From Myxococcota bacterium (GTDB lineage: Bacteria; Myxococcota; Myxococcia; Myxococcales; Myxococcaceae), in assembly GCA_049322255.1 (NCBI GenBank), contig JBMORE010000031.1:1-32257 (forward strand): DNA of 32,257 nucleotides. Direction: 5' to 3'. A model generated the notes under the pieces. The model was not told the origin of the DNA. It worked only from the letters and a program-made list of their open reading frames with translations, and ran no database searches. Positions 19,526 to 28,581 of this stretch are shown here, in pieces. The position numbers and the translations under genes are program-made. The first letter of the stretch is position 1. Every line of letters begins with the position of its first letter.

Positions 19526-21087
19526 ACCTGCCCACGATTGCCTCCGCTGACTTTTTGCCGGTGCTGCCGGCGGTGGTGCTCTCCCTGGGCGCCCTGGTGC
19601 TCTTGCTCACCGAGGTCTTCCTCTCCACCCCCAGCCGCTCCTACCAGCCGGTGCTGGCTGTGTTCACCTCGACGGCGGCCGGCGCCTTTGCCCTCGCTGG
19701 CGCCTCCGAGCCCGCCCACCCGGTGTTCCTCGGGCTGGCGGTGCACGACGCCTTCGGCAGCTTCCTCACCCTGACGGTGTGCGTGGCGGTGGGGCTGTCC
19801 TGCCTTTTGGCGGCTGGGTTTCTGCGCCACCGCAACGCCGAGCGGGGGGAGTTCTACGCGCTGATGCTCTTTGCCGCCGCGGGCATGAGCCTGTTGGCCG
19901 TCTCCGCCGAGCTCATCACCCTGTTCATCAACCTCGAGGTGATGTCCATCGCCACCTACGCGCTCACCGCCTACCTGCGCCGCGGGCGGCGGCCGGCGGA
20001 GGCGGGGTTCAAATATTTCCTCCTCGGCGCCTTCTCGGCGGCGGTGCTCCTCTACGGGGCGGCGCTCCTCTACGGCGCCACCGGCACCACCCGGCTCTCT
20101 GAGCTGCCTGGGCCCCTCTCCGCCGCTCTCTCCTCGCAGCCCGCGCTGGTGTATTGCGGGCTCCTCCTGTTGGCCGCGGGGTTTGCCTTCAAGGTCGCCG
20201 CGGTGCCCTTCCACATGTGGACCCCCGACGTGTACGAGGGCGCCCCCACCCCGGCGACGGCGCTGATGAGCGCCGGGGTGAAAGCGGCGGCCTTCGCCGC
20301 CCTGGTGCGGGTGTTTCTTTTCCTCGGCCGGGGAGTGGACCCCCAGGTGCCCTTCCTCTTTTTTTCCACGCTCGCCTTCCTCACCATGGTGGGAGGCAAC
20401 CTCCTCGCCCTGCCCCAGCGCAACGTGAAGCGGATGTTGGCCTACTCATCCATCGCCCACGCCGGTTACCTCTTGGTGGGGGTGGCCGCGCTGTTTTCCC
20501 GCCCCGCCGGGGAGGGAGCGCCGCTTTCCTTCTTGCAGCCGACGCCGCTTTTGGGCGCCTACGTCCCCCCGGGCGGACTTGGCGACGCCTTCAAGGGCAT
20601 TCTCTTCTACCTCTTGGGCTACACGGTGACCGCAGTGGGCGCCTTCGGCACCCTGGCCGCCCTGGAGCGCCGCGAAGACGAGGACCGGGGCACCTCCTGG
20701 GACTTGGAGCGCTTCTCCGGCCTCGCCCAGCGCCGTCCGGGCTGGGCGGTGGCGATGACCCTCTTCATGCTCTCCTTGGGCGGCATTCCCCCCACGGTGG
20801 GTTTTTTGGCCAAGCTCCTCGTCTTCCGCAGCGCGGTGGACGCCGGTTTGATGGTGCTGGTCATCGCGGGAGTGCTCTCCAGCGCGGTGGGCATCTACTA
20901 TTACCTACGGGTGGTGGTTTACATGTTCTTGCGCCCCGCCCCCGAAGGAGCCCCCGCCCCCGAACGCCACTGGACGACCGAGGCAGCCCTGCTCCTCGCC
21001 ACCGTCGGCGTGATGCTGCTCGGAATTCTCCCCGGCCCGGTGAGCGCCTGGCTGTCCCAGGCCGGGCTGCTCTTCGGAGCGCCCTAA
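19522..21087 (+). CDS. nuoN: NADH-quinone oxidoreductase subunit N
   Basis: EAGFKYFLLG, FKVAAVPFHMWTPDVYEGAP, KRMLAYSSIAHAGY, YYYLRVV. Confidence 0.97.
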   Translation: MNLPTIASADFLPVLPAVVLSLGALVLLLTEVFLSTPSRSYQPVLAVFTSTAAGAFALAGASEPAHPVFLGLAVHDAFGSFLTLTVCVAVGLSCLLAAGFLRHRNAERGEFYALMLFAAAGMSLLAVSAELITLFINLEVMSIATYALTAYLRRGRRPAEAGFKYFLLGAFSAAVLLYGAALLYGATGTTRLSELPGPLSAALSSQPALVYCGLLLLAAGFAFKVAAVPFHMWTPDVYEGAPTPATALMSAGVKAAAFAALVRVFLFLGRGVDPQVPFLFFSTLAFLTMVGGNLLALPQRNVKRMLAYSSIAHAGYLLVGVAALFSRPAGEGAPLSFLQPTPLLGAYVPPGGLGDAFKGILFYLLGYTVTAVGAFGTLAALERREDEDRGTSWDLERFSGLAQRRPGWAVAMTLFMLSLGGIPPTVGFLAKLLVFRSAVDAGLMVLVIAGVLSSAVGIYYYLRVVVYMFLRPAPEGAPAPERHWTTEAALLLATVGVMLLGILPGPVSAWLSQAGLLFGAP

Positions 21088-21093
21088 ATAACC

Positions 21094-21127
21094 TTGCAAA
21101 AATGAAATCCCCCTTTCATCCCTGCAA
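21094..21127. promoter_or_regulatory. Dyad, candidate enhancer (bEBP binding site)
   Basis: TTGCAaaaATGAAA-tccccc-TTTCATcccTGCAA in an AT-rich intergenic patch, ending ~65 nt upstream of the sigma54 promoter. Confidence 0.55.
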
Positions 21128-21192
21128 CGGAAAGTTGCCCACTGAACGAGCCAAAACCCTGTAACCAGATGTGTTTTTTTCCGCACACTCCC

Positions 21193-21208
21193 TGGCATGA
21201 GGACTGCT
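21193..21208 (+). promoter_or_regulatory. Sigma54 (-24/-12) promoter
   Basis: TGGCATGAGGACTGCT: GG at 21194-21195, 10 nt, GC at 21206-21207. Confidence 0.75.
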
Positions 21209-21219
21209 CAAGGCGCTCT

Positions 21220-21336
21220 TCGGGTGCAGCGACTTCCGGTTGAAGGAGGTTCCCCCCCACCACTTCAGCAGTCTCGCTGCTCCTTTAGTCAGAAGACCCG
21301 CGGCCCGGTGCGCGAGTGCCGGGCCGCCTTCTTTTT
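21220..21336 (+). ncRNA. pxr: Probable Pxr-family small RNA (myxobacterial development regulator)
   Basis: Downstream of a sigma54 promoter; long hairpin with a 7-C loop (GGAGGTTCCCCCCCACC); ends in an intrinsic terminator; convergent on an NtrC-like activator next to nuoN, as recalled for M. xanthus pxr; ends approximate. Confidence 0.72.
21300..21336 (+). terminator. Rho-independent terminator
   Basis: GCGGCCCGG-TGCGCGAGTG-CCGGGCCGC followed by CTTCTTTTT. Confidence 0.85.
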
Positions 21337-22744
21337 ACGGCTCGCTGCCGACCTTCAGCCCCAGGCGCTTCATCTTCCGCCACAGGGTGGTGGAGGAGAC
21401 GGCGAGGTCCTCGGCCACTTGGGCCAAGTCCTTGGGGGAGCGCTCCAAGGCGAGCGCGATGGCGCGCCGCTCGGCCTCGGCCACCGCGTCGGCCAGGGTG
21501 GGCAGGGGCGTGGGGGTCGCCGGCGGCGGCGAAGCTTCGTGAGGCCCTCGGGCGTGCGGGCGAATGGGGAAGTCGTCGGGGAGCAGCTCCTCGCCTTCGG
21601 CCAGCGCCGCTGCCTGCTCGACGAGGTTCTCCAGCTCCCGCACGTTGCCGGGGAACTCGTAGCTGGCCAGATGGTGCACCGCCTGGGTGGTGAGGCGGTG
21701 CCGGCGAAAGGAGCGCGCGTTGGCCCGCTGGAGGAAGTGCTCGGCCAGCAAGGGAATGTCCTCGGCCCGCTCGCGCAAGGGGGGCACTTTGAGGTTCACC
21801 ACGTTGAGGCGGTAGTAGAGGTCCTGGCGGAAGCGCTTCTCCTGCACCTCCTGCTCGATGTCCCGGTTGGTGGCCGCCACGATGCGCACGTCGACTTTGA
21901 TGGACGCCGACTCGCCCACCCGACGCACCTCACCGTCCTGGAGCACGCGTAAGAGCTTGCTCTGAAAAGCAGGGGTGGTCTCGGTCACCTCGTCGATGAA
22001 CAGGGTGCCGCCGTCGGCCTCCTCGAAGAGCCCTCGCCGCGCTTTCACCGCGCCGGTGAAGGCGCCCTTGGCGTGGCCGAACAGCTCGCTCTCCAAGAGC
22101 CCCTCGGTGATGGCCGCGCAGTTCACCGGCACGAAGGGCCGCTCCTTGCGCCGGCTGTGGGCGTGCACCGCGCGGGCGACCAGCTCCTTGCCGGTGCCGC
22201 TCTCTCCCTGCAAGAGCACGGTGGCGTCGGAGGGCGCCACCCGCATGATGCGGCTGGTAAGGTCTCGCATCGCCGAGCTGCGGCCGATGAGCGCGGTCAG
22301 CCCGTGGCGGCTGTTGAACTCACCGGCGAAGAGGTCGACCGCACGGAGCAGCTTGCCCCGCTCGAGGGCGTGCTGCACCCGCAAGACCAGCTCCCCCTCT
22401 TTGAAAGGCTTGGTGATGTAGTCGTAGGCGCCCCGGCGCATCGCCTCCACCGCGCTCTCAATCGACCCGTAGGCGGTCATCACGATGACCTGGGTATGGG
22501 GCGATGCCTCCAGCGCCCGGCGGAGCAAGGTGAGCCCGTCTACCGGCTCCATCTTCAAGTCGGTGAGCATCAGGTCCACCGGCTCGTTCGCCAAGCACGC
22601 CAGCGCCTCCTCGCCCCCGGCGGCCTCGAGCACCTCGAAGCCTTCGGCGCGAAGCAGCATGGCGGTGGTGGCGCGCATGTTGCGCTGGTCGTCGACCACC
22701 AAGATGCGCTCGCGCCGGGCGAGGGTGCCCTCGGGTTGAATCAT
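21335..22744 (-). CDS. Sigma54-dependent NtrC-family response regulator (PxrR/Nla19-like by context)
   Basis: REC (VVDD, TDLKM, TAY, KP), Walker A GESGTGKE, GAFTGA, FRQDLYYRLNV, FPGNVRELEN, C-terminal HTH TTLWRKMK. Confidence 0.95.
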   Translation of the reverse strand: MIQPEGTLARRERILVVDDQRNMRATTAMLLRAEGFEVLEAAGGEEALACLANEPVDLMLTDLKMEPVDGLTLLRRALEASPHTQVIVMTAYGSIESAVEAMRRGAYDYITKPFKEGELVLRVQHALERGKLLRAVDLFAGEFNSRHGLTALIGRSSAMRDLTSRIMRVAPSDATVLLQGESGTGKELVARAVHAHSRRKERPFVPVNCAAITEGLLESELFGHAKGAFTGAVKARRGLFEEADGGTLFIDEVTETTPAFQSKLLRVLQDGEVRRVGESASIKVDVRIVAATNRDIEQEVQEKRFRQDLYYRLNVVNLKVPPLRERAEDIPLLAEHFLQRANARSFRRHRLTTQAVHHLASYEFPGNVRELENLVEQAAALAEGEELLPDDFPIRPHARGPHEASPPPATPTPLPTLADAVAEAERRAIALALERSPKDLAQVAEDLAVSSTTLWRKMKRLGLKVGSEP

Positions 22745-23373
22745 CGAGGCTCTCGATGACCGGCCTTGTCCGGGTCGACGTCGAAGCGGGCGTTCTCCAC
22801 CACGGGCTCGTAGTCCCAGGGGAAGACGAAGAAGTCGTCGGTGCGGCTGGCGCAGAAGTCGGGGACATAGCCATTCTCCCGAGCGATGAGCGCCGCGGTC
22901 TTCACCTGCCTCGCCCCCGCCTTGGTGGCGAGCGCTCGGGCCAATTCCAGGGTGTCTCCGGAGGCGGCGACGTCGTCCACCACCAGCACCCCTTGCCCTT
23001 TGAGCTCCTTGGGCATTTTTCCGAACATGCGCGGGTCCTTGCGCACCACCTTGTCCCGGCTCCGGCGACTGATGCGCACCGGGTAGAAGTCGCTCTGGAG
23101 CGCGCTGGCCACCGCGCCGCCCACGAACACTCCGCCGTGGGCCACCCCCACCACCGCCGCCGGCCGGAACGCCTTCTGGATGTCACGGGCCAGCCCCTGC
23201 ACCATCCGGTCGAACTGCGCCCACGTCAGCTCCCGCACCCGGCTCGTGTGACCCGAGCGGTCGGCGCCGCCCGCGTGCCGCGGTGCTTCCGTCTGCGGGG
23301 AGAGCACCACCTCCTCGGGAATGGAGACGATGCGCTCAGGGCGCGCACGAGGTGAGGTTTTGCGTCGAGCCAT
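22741..23373 (-). CDS. Type I phosphoribosyltransferase family protein
   Basis: PRPP loop VLVVDDVAASGDT, VVGVAHGG, FVFPWD; ATGA overlap with the activator; start uncertain. Confidence 0.9.
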   Translation of the reverse strand: MARRKTSPRARPERIVSIPEEVVLSPQTEAPRHAGGADRSGHTSRVRELTWAQFDRMVQGLARDIQKAFRPAAVVGVAHGGVFVGGAVASALQSDFYPVRISRRSRDKVVRKDPRMFGKMPKELKGQGVLVVDDVAASGDTLELARALATKAGARQVKTAALIARENGYVPDFCASRTDDFFVFPWDYEPVVENARFDVDPDKAGHREPR

Positions 23374-25387
23374 TGGCAGTCACGATGCGCGCGCCGTTTG
23401 GACGGCAGCTGGTGGAACCTGGGCAGGGGGTGGTGCCATCGCACGCTTGGAAGCAGGCGCGGCCGCTGCCGGTGGAAGGGGGTTGCAGGGTGACGCACGC
23501 CCCGCTTTGACAATCGGCGTCGAGGGTGCACGCCGCGCCCGCCGCCAAGGTACCGGTGCGGTGTGGCGGTCGGCAGCGCAAGACGTGTGCCCCCAGTGGG
23601 TTGGCCGGGCTGGGCACCGGCACGCAGCGGGCAGCTCCCGTGCAATCGGCGTCGGTGACGCATGGCGCCCCCGAGCACTGAGAGGTGAGGTGGTGGCGGT
23701 CGTCGTAGCTGTTGGGAAGGCCGTCGAAGCCGCGGTAGCCGAGCAGCGCCACCTGCTCACAGGAGAGCACCCCCGACTCGTTGCCCACCACCGGCCCACC
23801 GCCATCGAGCGAGCCGTCGCCGCGTTGGCAATCGGCGGCGTTGGTGCACGGGTGCAGGCACACCCCGCGGCGAAGCACCCCCCGCCCATCCTCGAGCGCG
23901 CAGTAACCCGAGCGGCATTCGTTGTCCGAGGCGCACCCTTCGCCCAGGTTTTTCGGCCCCGGCGAGGGCCCGCACACCTGGGTGAGGGTGGAACCCGCGC
24001 TGGTGTCCACCCGGGTGCGGCAGGCGTAGTTGGCTCCGTACTCCGCACAGCGCGCCGGGTGGTCGCAGGTGGGGCGGCAGCCCTTCACGTTCCCGGAGAC
24101 TCCCCCGGTGCCCGAAAAGAGGAACGAGCCGGTGCAGCGCCCGCTCCTTCCCCCCACCTGACAGTCGGCGTCGGTGGCGCAGGCGCCGTAGCAGAAGAAG
24201 TTGGGGGTGGAGAGGACCGGGTCCGCCCGGCAGGCGCCGCTGCGGCAGACCGCGTCGGGAGGAATCAGCCCTCCGTCGGGGGCGCGCACGTTGGCGCACG
24301 GGGCCAGGGCCGGCGCGGCACCGGGGCTGAAGCGGCAGAAGTTACCTACCTCCTCGAAGCTCGTCGGATCGTCGAGCACCCCGCAGCCCAAATTGGCGCG
24401 GCAGTCGGCGTCCTTCTGGCAGCGCTCTGCGTAACCGTTGTCGGCGTAGCACAGCCCGTACTCCCGCCCGTTGAAGTCCCCGGGGAAGGGGTGGCACAGC
24501 TCTGTGGGAGGACAGGTGCTCGCCGCCGGGTCGCAGAAGGCGCGGCACACCGCGGTGGTGGCGGTGTCCGGCACGCAGTCGAGGTTCTGGGTGCAGTTGT
24601 GGCCGGCGGCGGAGCGCACGCAGGAGGCCCGGTAGCCGGCGCCATTACCCGGAGGGGAGCAGATGCCCAAAGGCTCGCCCTGGTCGAATACCAGCGAGTT
24701 GGAGTCTTGGAAGACGAGCTTGAGGCAAAGCTCCCCGGTGGGGCAGTCGGGCACGTAGAGGCTGCACGGCTGTAAGCAAAGCTGGTTGCTACCGACGTTG
24801 ACGCACATCAACCCCAAGGAGCAGCGCACCCCGTTGGGGCAACCGGCGCCCTTGGGCGCTCCGGCGCAGGTGCCGTCGGCGTCGCAGCGCAAGCCGTTGG
24901 GGCAATGGTCGTCGCTTTGGCAGTGCACGCAGCGACCGCTGCTTTGGGCGCAGTAGGGCGGGCCGAAGTCCGGGCACTCCTCGTCGGTCTGGCACTGGAC
25001 GCAGGTGCCCGTGCCCACCTCGCACACCGGCCGGTCCCTCGGGCAGTCGGCGCTTTGGCCGCACTCGGTGCACGCGTACACCTCGGCGCGGCACTTGCCG
25101 GTGGCACAGTCACCGTCCTCGACGCAGCCGGTGAAGACGCAGCGGCGGGAAAGACAGGACTCGCCCAAGCCGCACTCCACGTCATCGGTGCAGGGCACTT
25201 TGGCGCGGCAAAAGCCCTGCCGGCATACGCCGTCGAAGCCCGCCAGGTGACAATCTTCCGGGGAGTCACAGGTGGGCGGCGGCCCGGCGTCGGCCCAACC
25301 TGCATCGGGCCCTGCCGGCGGCGATGGGCAAGCGGCCGCGAGCATTCCGACGACGGCGAGGAGCCCGACATGGGGAGAGCGATTCAC
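23336..25387 (-). CDS. Large Cys-rich lipoprotein
   Basis: GTG start, VGLLAVVGMLAAAC lipobox, many C-x2-D-x-D/E-C repeats. Confidence 0.8.
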   Translation of the reverse strand: MNRSPHVGLLAVVGMLAAACPSPPAGPDAGWADAGPPPTCDSPEDCHLAGFDGVCRQGFCRAKVPCTDDVECGLGESCLSRRCVFTGCVEDGDCATGKCRAEVYACTECGQSADCPRDRPVCEVGTGTCVQCQTDEECPDFGPPYCAQSSGRCVHCQSDDHCPNGLRCDADGTCAGAPKGAGCPNGVRCSLGLMCVNVGSNQLCLQPCSLYVPDCPTGELCLKLVFQDSNSLVFDQGEPLGICSPPGNGAGYRASCVRSAAGHNCTQNLDCVPDTATTAVCRAFCDPAASTCPPTELCHPFPGDFNGREYGLCYADNGYAERCQKDADCRANLGCGVLDDPTSFEEVGNFCRFSPGAAPALAPCANVRAPDGGLIPPDAVCRSGACRADPVLSTPNFFCYGACATDADCQVGGRSGRCTGSFLFSGTGGVSGNVKGCRPTCDHPARCAEYGANYACRTRVDTSAGSTLTQVCGPSPGPKNLGEGCASDNECRSGYCALEDGRGVLRRGVCLHPCTNAADCQRGDGSLDGGGPVVGNESGVLSCEQVALLGYRGFDGLPNSYDDRHHLTSQCSGAPCVTDADCTGAARCVPVPSPANPLGAHVLRCRPPHRTGTLAAGAACTLDADCQSGACVTLQPPSTGSGRACFQACDGTTPCPGSTSCRPNGARIVTANGSTQNLTSCAP

Positions 25388-25403
25388 GAGGGGCGCATGT
25401 ATA

Positions 25404-25496
25404 TCCCTCTCCCTTTGGGAGAGGGAACGGGTGAGGGGCCGCATTCACCAGAAGATCAACGTTCCCTCACCCCACCCCTCTCCCTTTGGGAGAGGA
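25404..25496. repeat. Inverted doublet of REP-like palindromes
   Basis: TCCCTCTCCCTTTGGGAGAGGGAACGGGTGAGGGG (25404-25438) and an inverted copy at 25463-25496. Confidence 0.85.
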
Positions 25497-26522
25497 CGTC
25501 AGACGCTCCTCCACCACCTGGTCGGCCACTTCTTCGGGGCGTGCACCTTGGGCCTGCGCGCGGGAGAGCAAAGTGTCGATGGTGTCGAAAATACGCCCAG
25601 CGCGCTCGAGCGCCTTTTTTCGGTCGTAGCCGGCCAGCTCCTGGGCGACGTTGATGAGACCACCGGCGTTGATGGCGTAGTCGGGGGCGTAGACGATGCC
25701 GCGCGCGGCGAGCAACTGGCCGTGGCGCGGCTCCGCCAGCTGGTTGTTGGCCGCCCCCGCCACCGCCTTCACGCGCAGCCGGGGAACGGTTTGGTCGTTG
25801 AGGGCGCCGCCCAGCGCGCAAGGGGTGAAGAAGTCCGCCTCGATGGAAAAGAGCTCCTCGTCGGAGAGGGCGGTGGCGCCGGTCTCTTCCACCACCCGCT
25901 GCATGTTTTGGGAGTTGATGTCGGCCACGAAGAGGCGGGCGCCCCGCTGGTGCAGCTCCTTGGCCAAATGAAAGCCCACGCGTCCTGCCCCGAGCAGGAG
26001 CACCTTTTTCCCCGCCAGGTCGCTCTTGCCGAAGACGTGCTTGGCCACTGCCTCCATCCCGCGCACCACCCCGAAAGCGGTGACCGGCGAGGGGTCGCCG
26101 CTGGTGGCCGAAAGACCCACCGCGTGTGAGGTGCGCCGGCGCACGTGCTCCATGTCGGCCGGGGTGGTGCCGGAGTCTTCGCACGTGACGTAGCGACCGC
26201 CCAACGACTCCACCGCGGCGCCGAAGGCCTCGAACAGCCGTGCTCGGTCGAAGCTCCCCGACGGAAGCATGAGCACCGCCTTGCCTCCGCCCAGGGGCAG
26301 CCCGGCCAGCGCCGCCTTGTAGGTCATGCCCTTGGCCAGCCGGAGCACGTCGGCCACCGCCGCCTCCTCGCTGGCGTAGGTGGACAGAGCCCGCGTACCG
26401 CCCAGCGCCGGGCCCAGCTGGGTGGAGTGAATGCCCACCAGCGCCCTCAAGCCGCTCTTCTTGTCGGCGAAGAAGTGCAGCCCCTCGTAGCCCTCGGACA
26501 CCAGCTGGGGGAAGTGGTCCAT
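25467..26522 (-). CDS. Leucine dehydrogenase (Glu/Leu/Phe/Val dehydrogenase family)
   Basis: LGPALGGTR, GMTYKAA, GGGKAV, GDPSPVTAFGV, PCALGG, GAANNQL, PDYAINAGG. Confidence 0.93.
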   Translation of the reverse strand: MDHFPQLVSEGYEGLHFFADKKSGLRALVGIHSTQLGPALGGTRALSTYASEEAAVADVLRLAKGMTYKAALAGLPLGGGKAVLMLPSGSFDRARLFEAFGAAVESLGGRYVTCEDSGTTPADMEHVRRRTSHAVGLSATSGDPSPVTAFGVVRGMEAVAKHVFGKSDLAGKKVLLLGAGRVGFHLAKELHQRGARLFVADINSQNMQRVVEETGATALSDEELFSIEADFFTPCALGGALNDQTVPRLRVKAVAGAANNQLAEPRHGQLLAARGIVYAPDYAINAGGLINVAQELAGYDRKKALERAGRIFDTIDTLLSRAQAQGARPEEVADQVVEERLTSSPKGRGVG

Positions 26523-26653
26523 GAAGGAATCGCTGTAGCGGCAGGCGGCCGAGGCGTCAATCGAGCTGTGCGGCGGTGCTTTCAAAAGCATCGGGCGGCC
26601 CCCCGCGATGGCAGGACCGCCCGACAGAACAAACGAGCTTTCGGGCTACGCGC

Positions 26654-27913
26654 CTAGAAGCACTGGTTGTTCGCGTTGCAGCAGTAGCCCAGGTTGGCGC
26701 CGCTGGTCTGGCAGGTGAAGCCCGACGGGCACCAGGTGGGGCTGTTCATGCAGTTGGGCTGGCAGAAGCCGGCGGGGGCGATGCCGCCGTCGGCCAGGCC
26801 GAGCGGCCCGCACACATAGCTTTGACGGCAGGGGCCCTGGCCTTGGAGCGGGGTGTTGCAGCTACGCTCGCAGAAGGCGCTGTTTTGGCCATAGGCCACG
26901 CAGATACCGCCGTCGCCGCAGCGGGCGTCGGAGGTGCAGGCCGAAGAGCAGGAGCCTCCCACCCAGCCGGTGAGGCCGCCGTCGGGCAGCGTTTCGGTGG
27001 TGCAGAAGCCATCGTCGGGCGGGTTGTTGCACTGGCTGTCCATCGTGCAGGGGTTACCCGTCTTGTCCGCCGGAGGCCCAGCGTCGGCCACCGGCGCAGG
27101 GAAGAGCCAGCACACCCCGTCAGGCAGCTGCTGACCGTTCTGGTCGGTGACGCCGTAGCAGGCGTAGCCGGCGCTGTTGCGGCAGTCGGGCGAGCTGGTG
27201 CTCTGCGGCGGCCGGCAGTTCTTGGCGCACAGGGCCTCAGGCTCGTCGCGAGCGGCGCCGAAGCCCACGCAGGTGGAGTCTCCGGGGCAACCCGCGTCGT
27301 CGTTCGCATCGCCGCACACCTTGGTGCAGTATCCGCCGCCATAGGTGGCGACGCCGGTGGCGGTCTGCGTCCGACACGTCATTCCGGGCCAGCCGGTGCA
27401 ATCATTGCTGCTGGTGCAAGCCTTGCCGACGATGCCGCCGCCGGGGCCCGCATCACCCCCGCCCGACCCGCATGCGCCGCCGCCACCCGCCAGAGGCTGA
27501 CAGGTCTGCCCCCCAGTGGTGTTGCAGCTTTGGCAGGCCGCGCCGCCGGTGCCGCAGTTGGTCGAGTTGGTGCCCAAAAGGCAGATGGCGCTCGCTCCCG
27601 TACCCGAGCAGCAGCCCGTGGGGCAGGTGGTGGCGTTGCAACCGCCTCCTCCGCCGCCGCCGCCTCCTCCTCCGCCGCCGCCCGTCGGCATGCACATGCC
27701 GCCCTGGCACACCTGGGTCGCCGGGTCGCACACAGCGCATGCTCCGCCCGAGGCGCCACAAGCTGCGTTGGTCGCCGGATTCACGCAGGTTCCGTCTGCC
27801 TGACAACACCCGGCACAAGTCGCCGCGTCACACTTCTTCGAGCCGCCGCAGGACGGCATCAGCGCAAAGAGGAAGCCAATCGCCGCTCCCAGCGCCAAAG
27901 CTTTCTTGTTCAT
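26654..27913 (-). CDS. Cys/Gly-rich lipoprotein
   Basis: MNKKALALGAAIGFLFALMPSC lipobox; two CxAxTCxxCC-like modules separated by poly-Gly; DAG linkers. Confidence 0.85.
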   Translation of the reverse strand: MNKKALALGAAIGFLFALMPSCGGSKKCDAATCAGCCQADGTCVNPATNAACGASGGACAVCDPATQVCQGGMCMPTGGGGGGGGGGGGGGCNATTCPTGCCSGTGASAICLLGTNSTNCGTGGAACQSCNTTGGQTCQPLAGGGGACGSGGGDAGPGGGIVGKACTSSNDCTGWPGMTCRTQTATGVATYGGGYCTKVCGDANDDAGCPGDSTCVGFGAARDEPEALCAKNCRPPQSTSSPDCRNSAGYACYGVTDQNGQQLPDGVCWLFPAPVADAGPPADKTGNPCTMDSQCNNPPDDGFCTTETLPDGGLTGWVGGSCSSACTSDARCGDGGICVAYGQNSAFCERSCNTPLQGQGPCRQSYVCGPLGLADGGIAPAGFCQPNCMNSPTWCPSGFTCQTSGANLGYCCNANNQCF

Positions 27914-28134
27914 CTCGTTGCTCTCCACAGGTCGCCACACCTGGCCGTGGCGAAGGATTTGGGTTCTTCCCCCTCGGAAGGGCGCGCACCTTTGTCCAAG
28001 CGCCTGGGGGATGTCAACTCGAGAAAGACGAAGGCCGGTGCTCCCCAATGGCGGAGCGACCGGCCTCGCTCGAATCGACGGCCTATTTTATAGGGCAGCC
28101 AGACGACGGATCGCAAACGTCGGCGAAGCGGCCG

Positions 28135-28581
<447 letters not shown>

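Noticed and set aside
21161..21180. Possible IHF site between the dyad and the sigma54 promoter
   Set aside because: AT-rich and well placed, but a poor match to WATCAANNNNTTR
21197..21952. + strand ORF covering the sRNA region
   Set aside because: It starts inside the sigma54 promoter, crosses a terminator and is antisense to the activator
23336..23373. 38-nt overlap between the lipoprotein end and the PRTase start
   Set aside because: The PRTase start is uncertain and its N-terminus looks unstructured, so the overlap may not be real
10090..25496. Repeats considered as a CRISPR array or IS ends
   Set aside because: Dispersed and inverted rather than regularly spaced direct repeats; no cas or transposase genes in the window
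26532..26560. TTGACG-17nt-TACAGC upstream of leucine dehydrogenase (also TTGACA at 28012-28017, minus strand)
   Set aside because: The -10 elements are too weak to call without TSS data
27641..27682. CCG/CCT trinucleotide run
   Set aside because: In-frame poly-Gly linker with mixed codons; no evidence of phase variation
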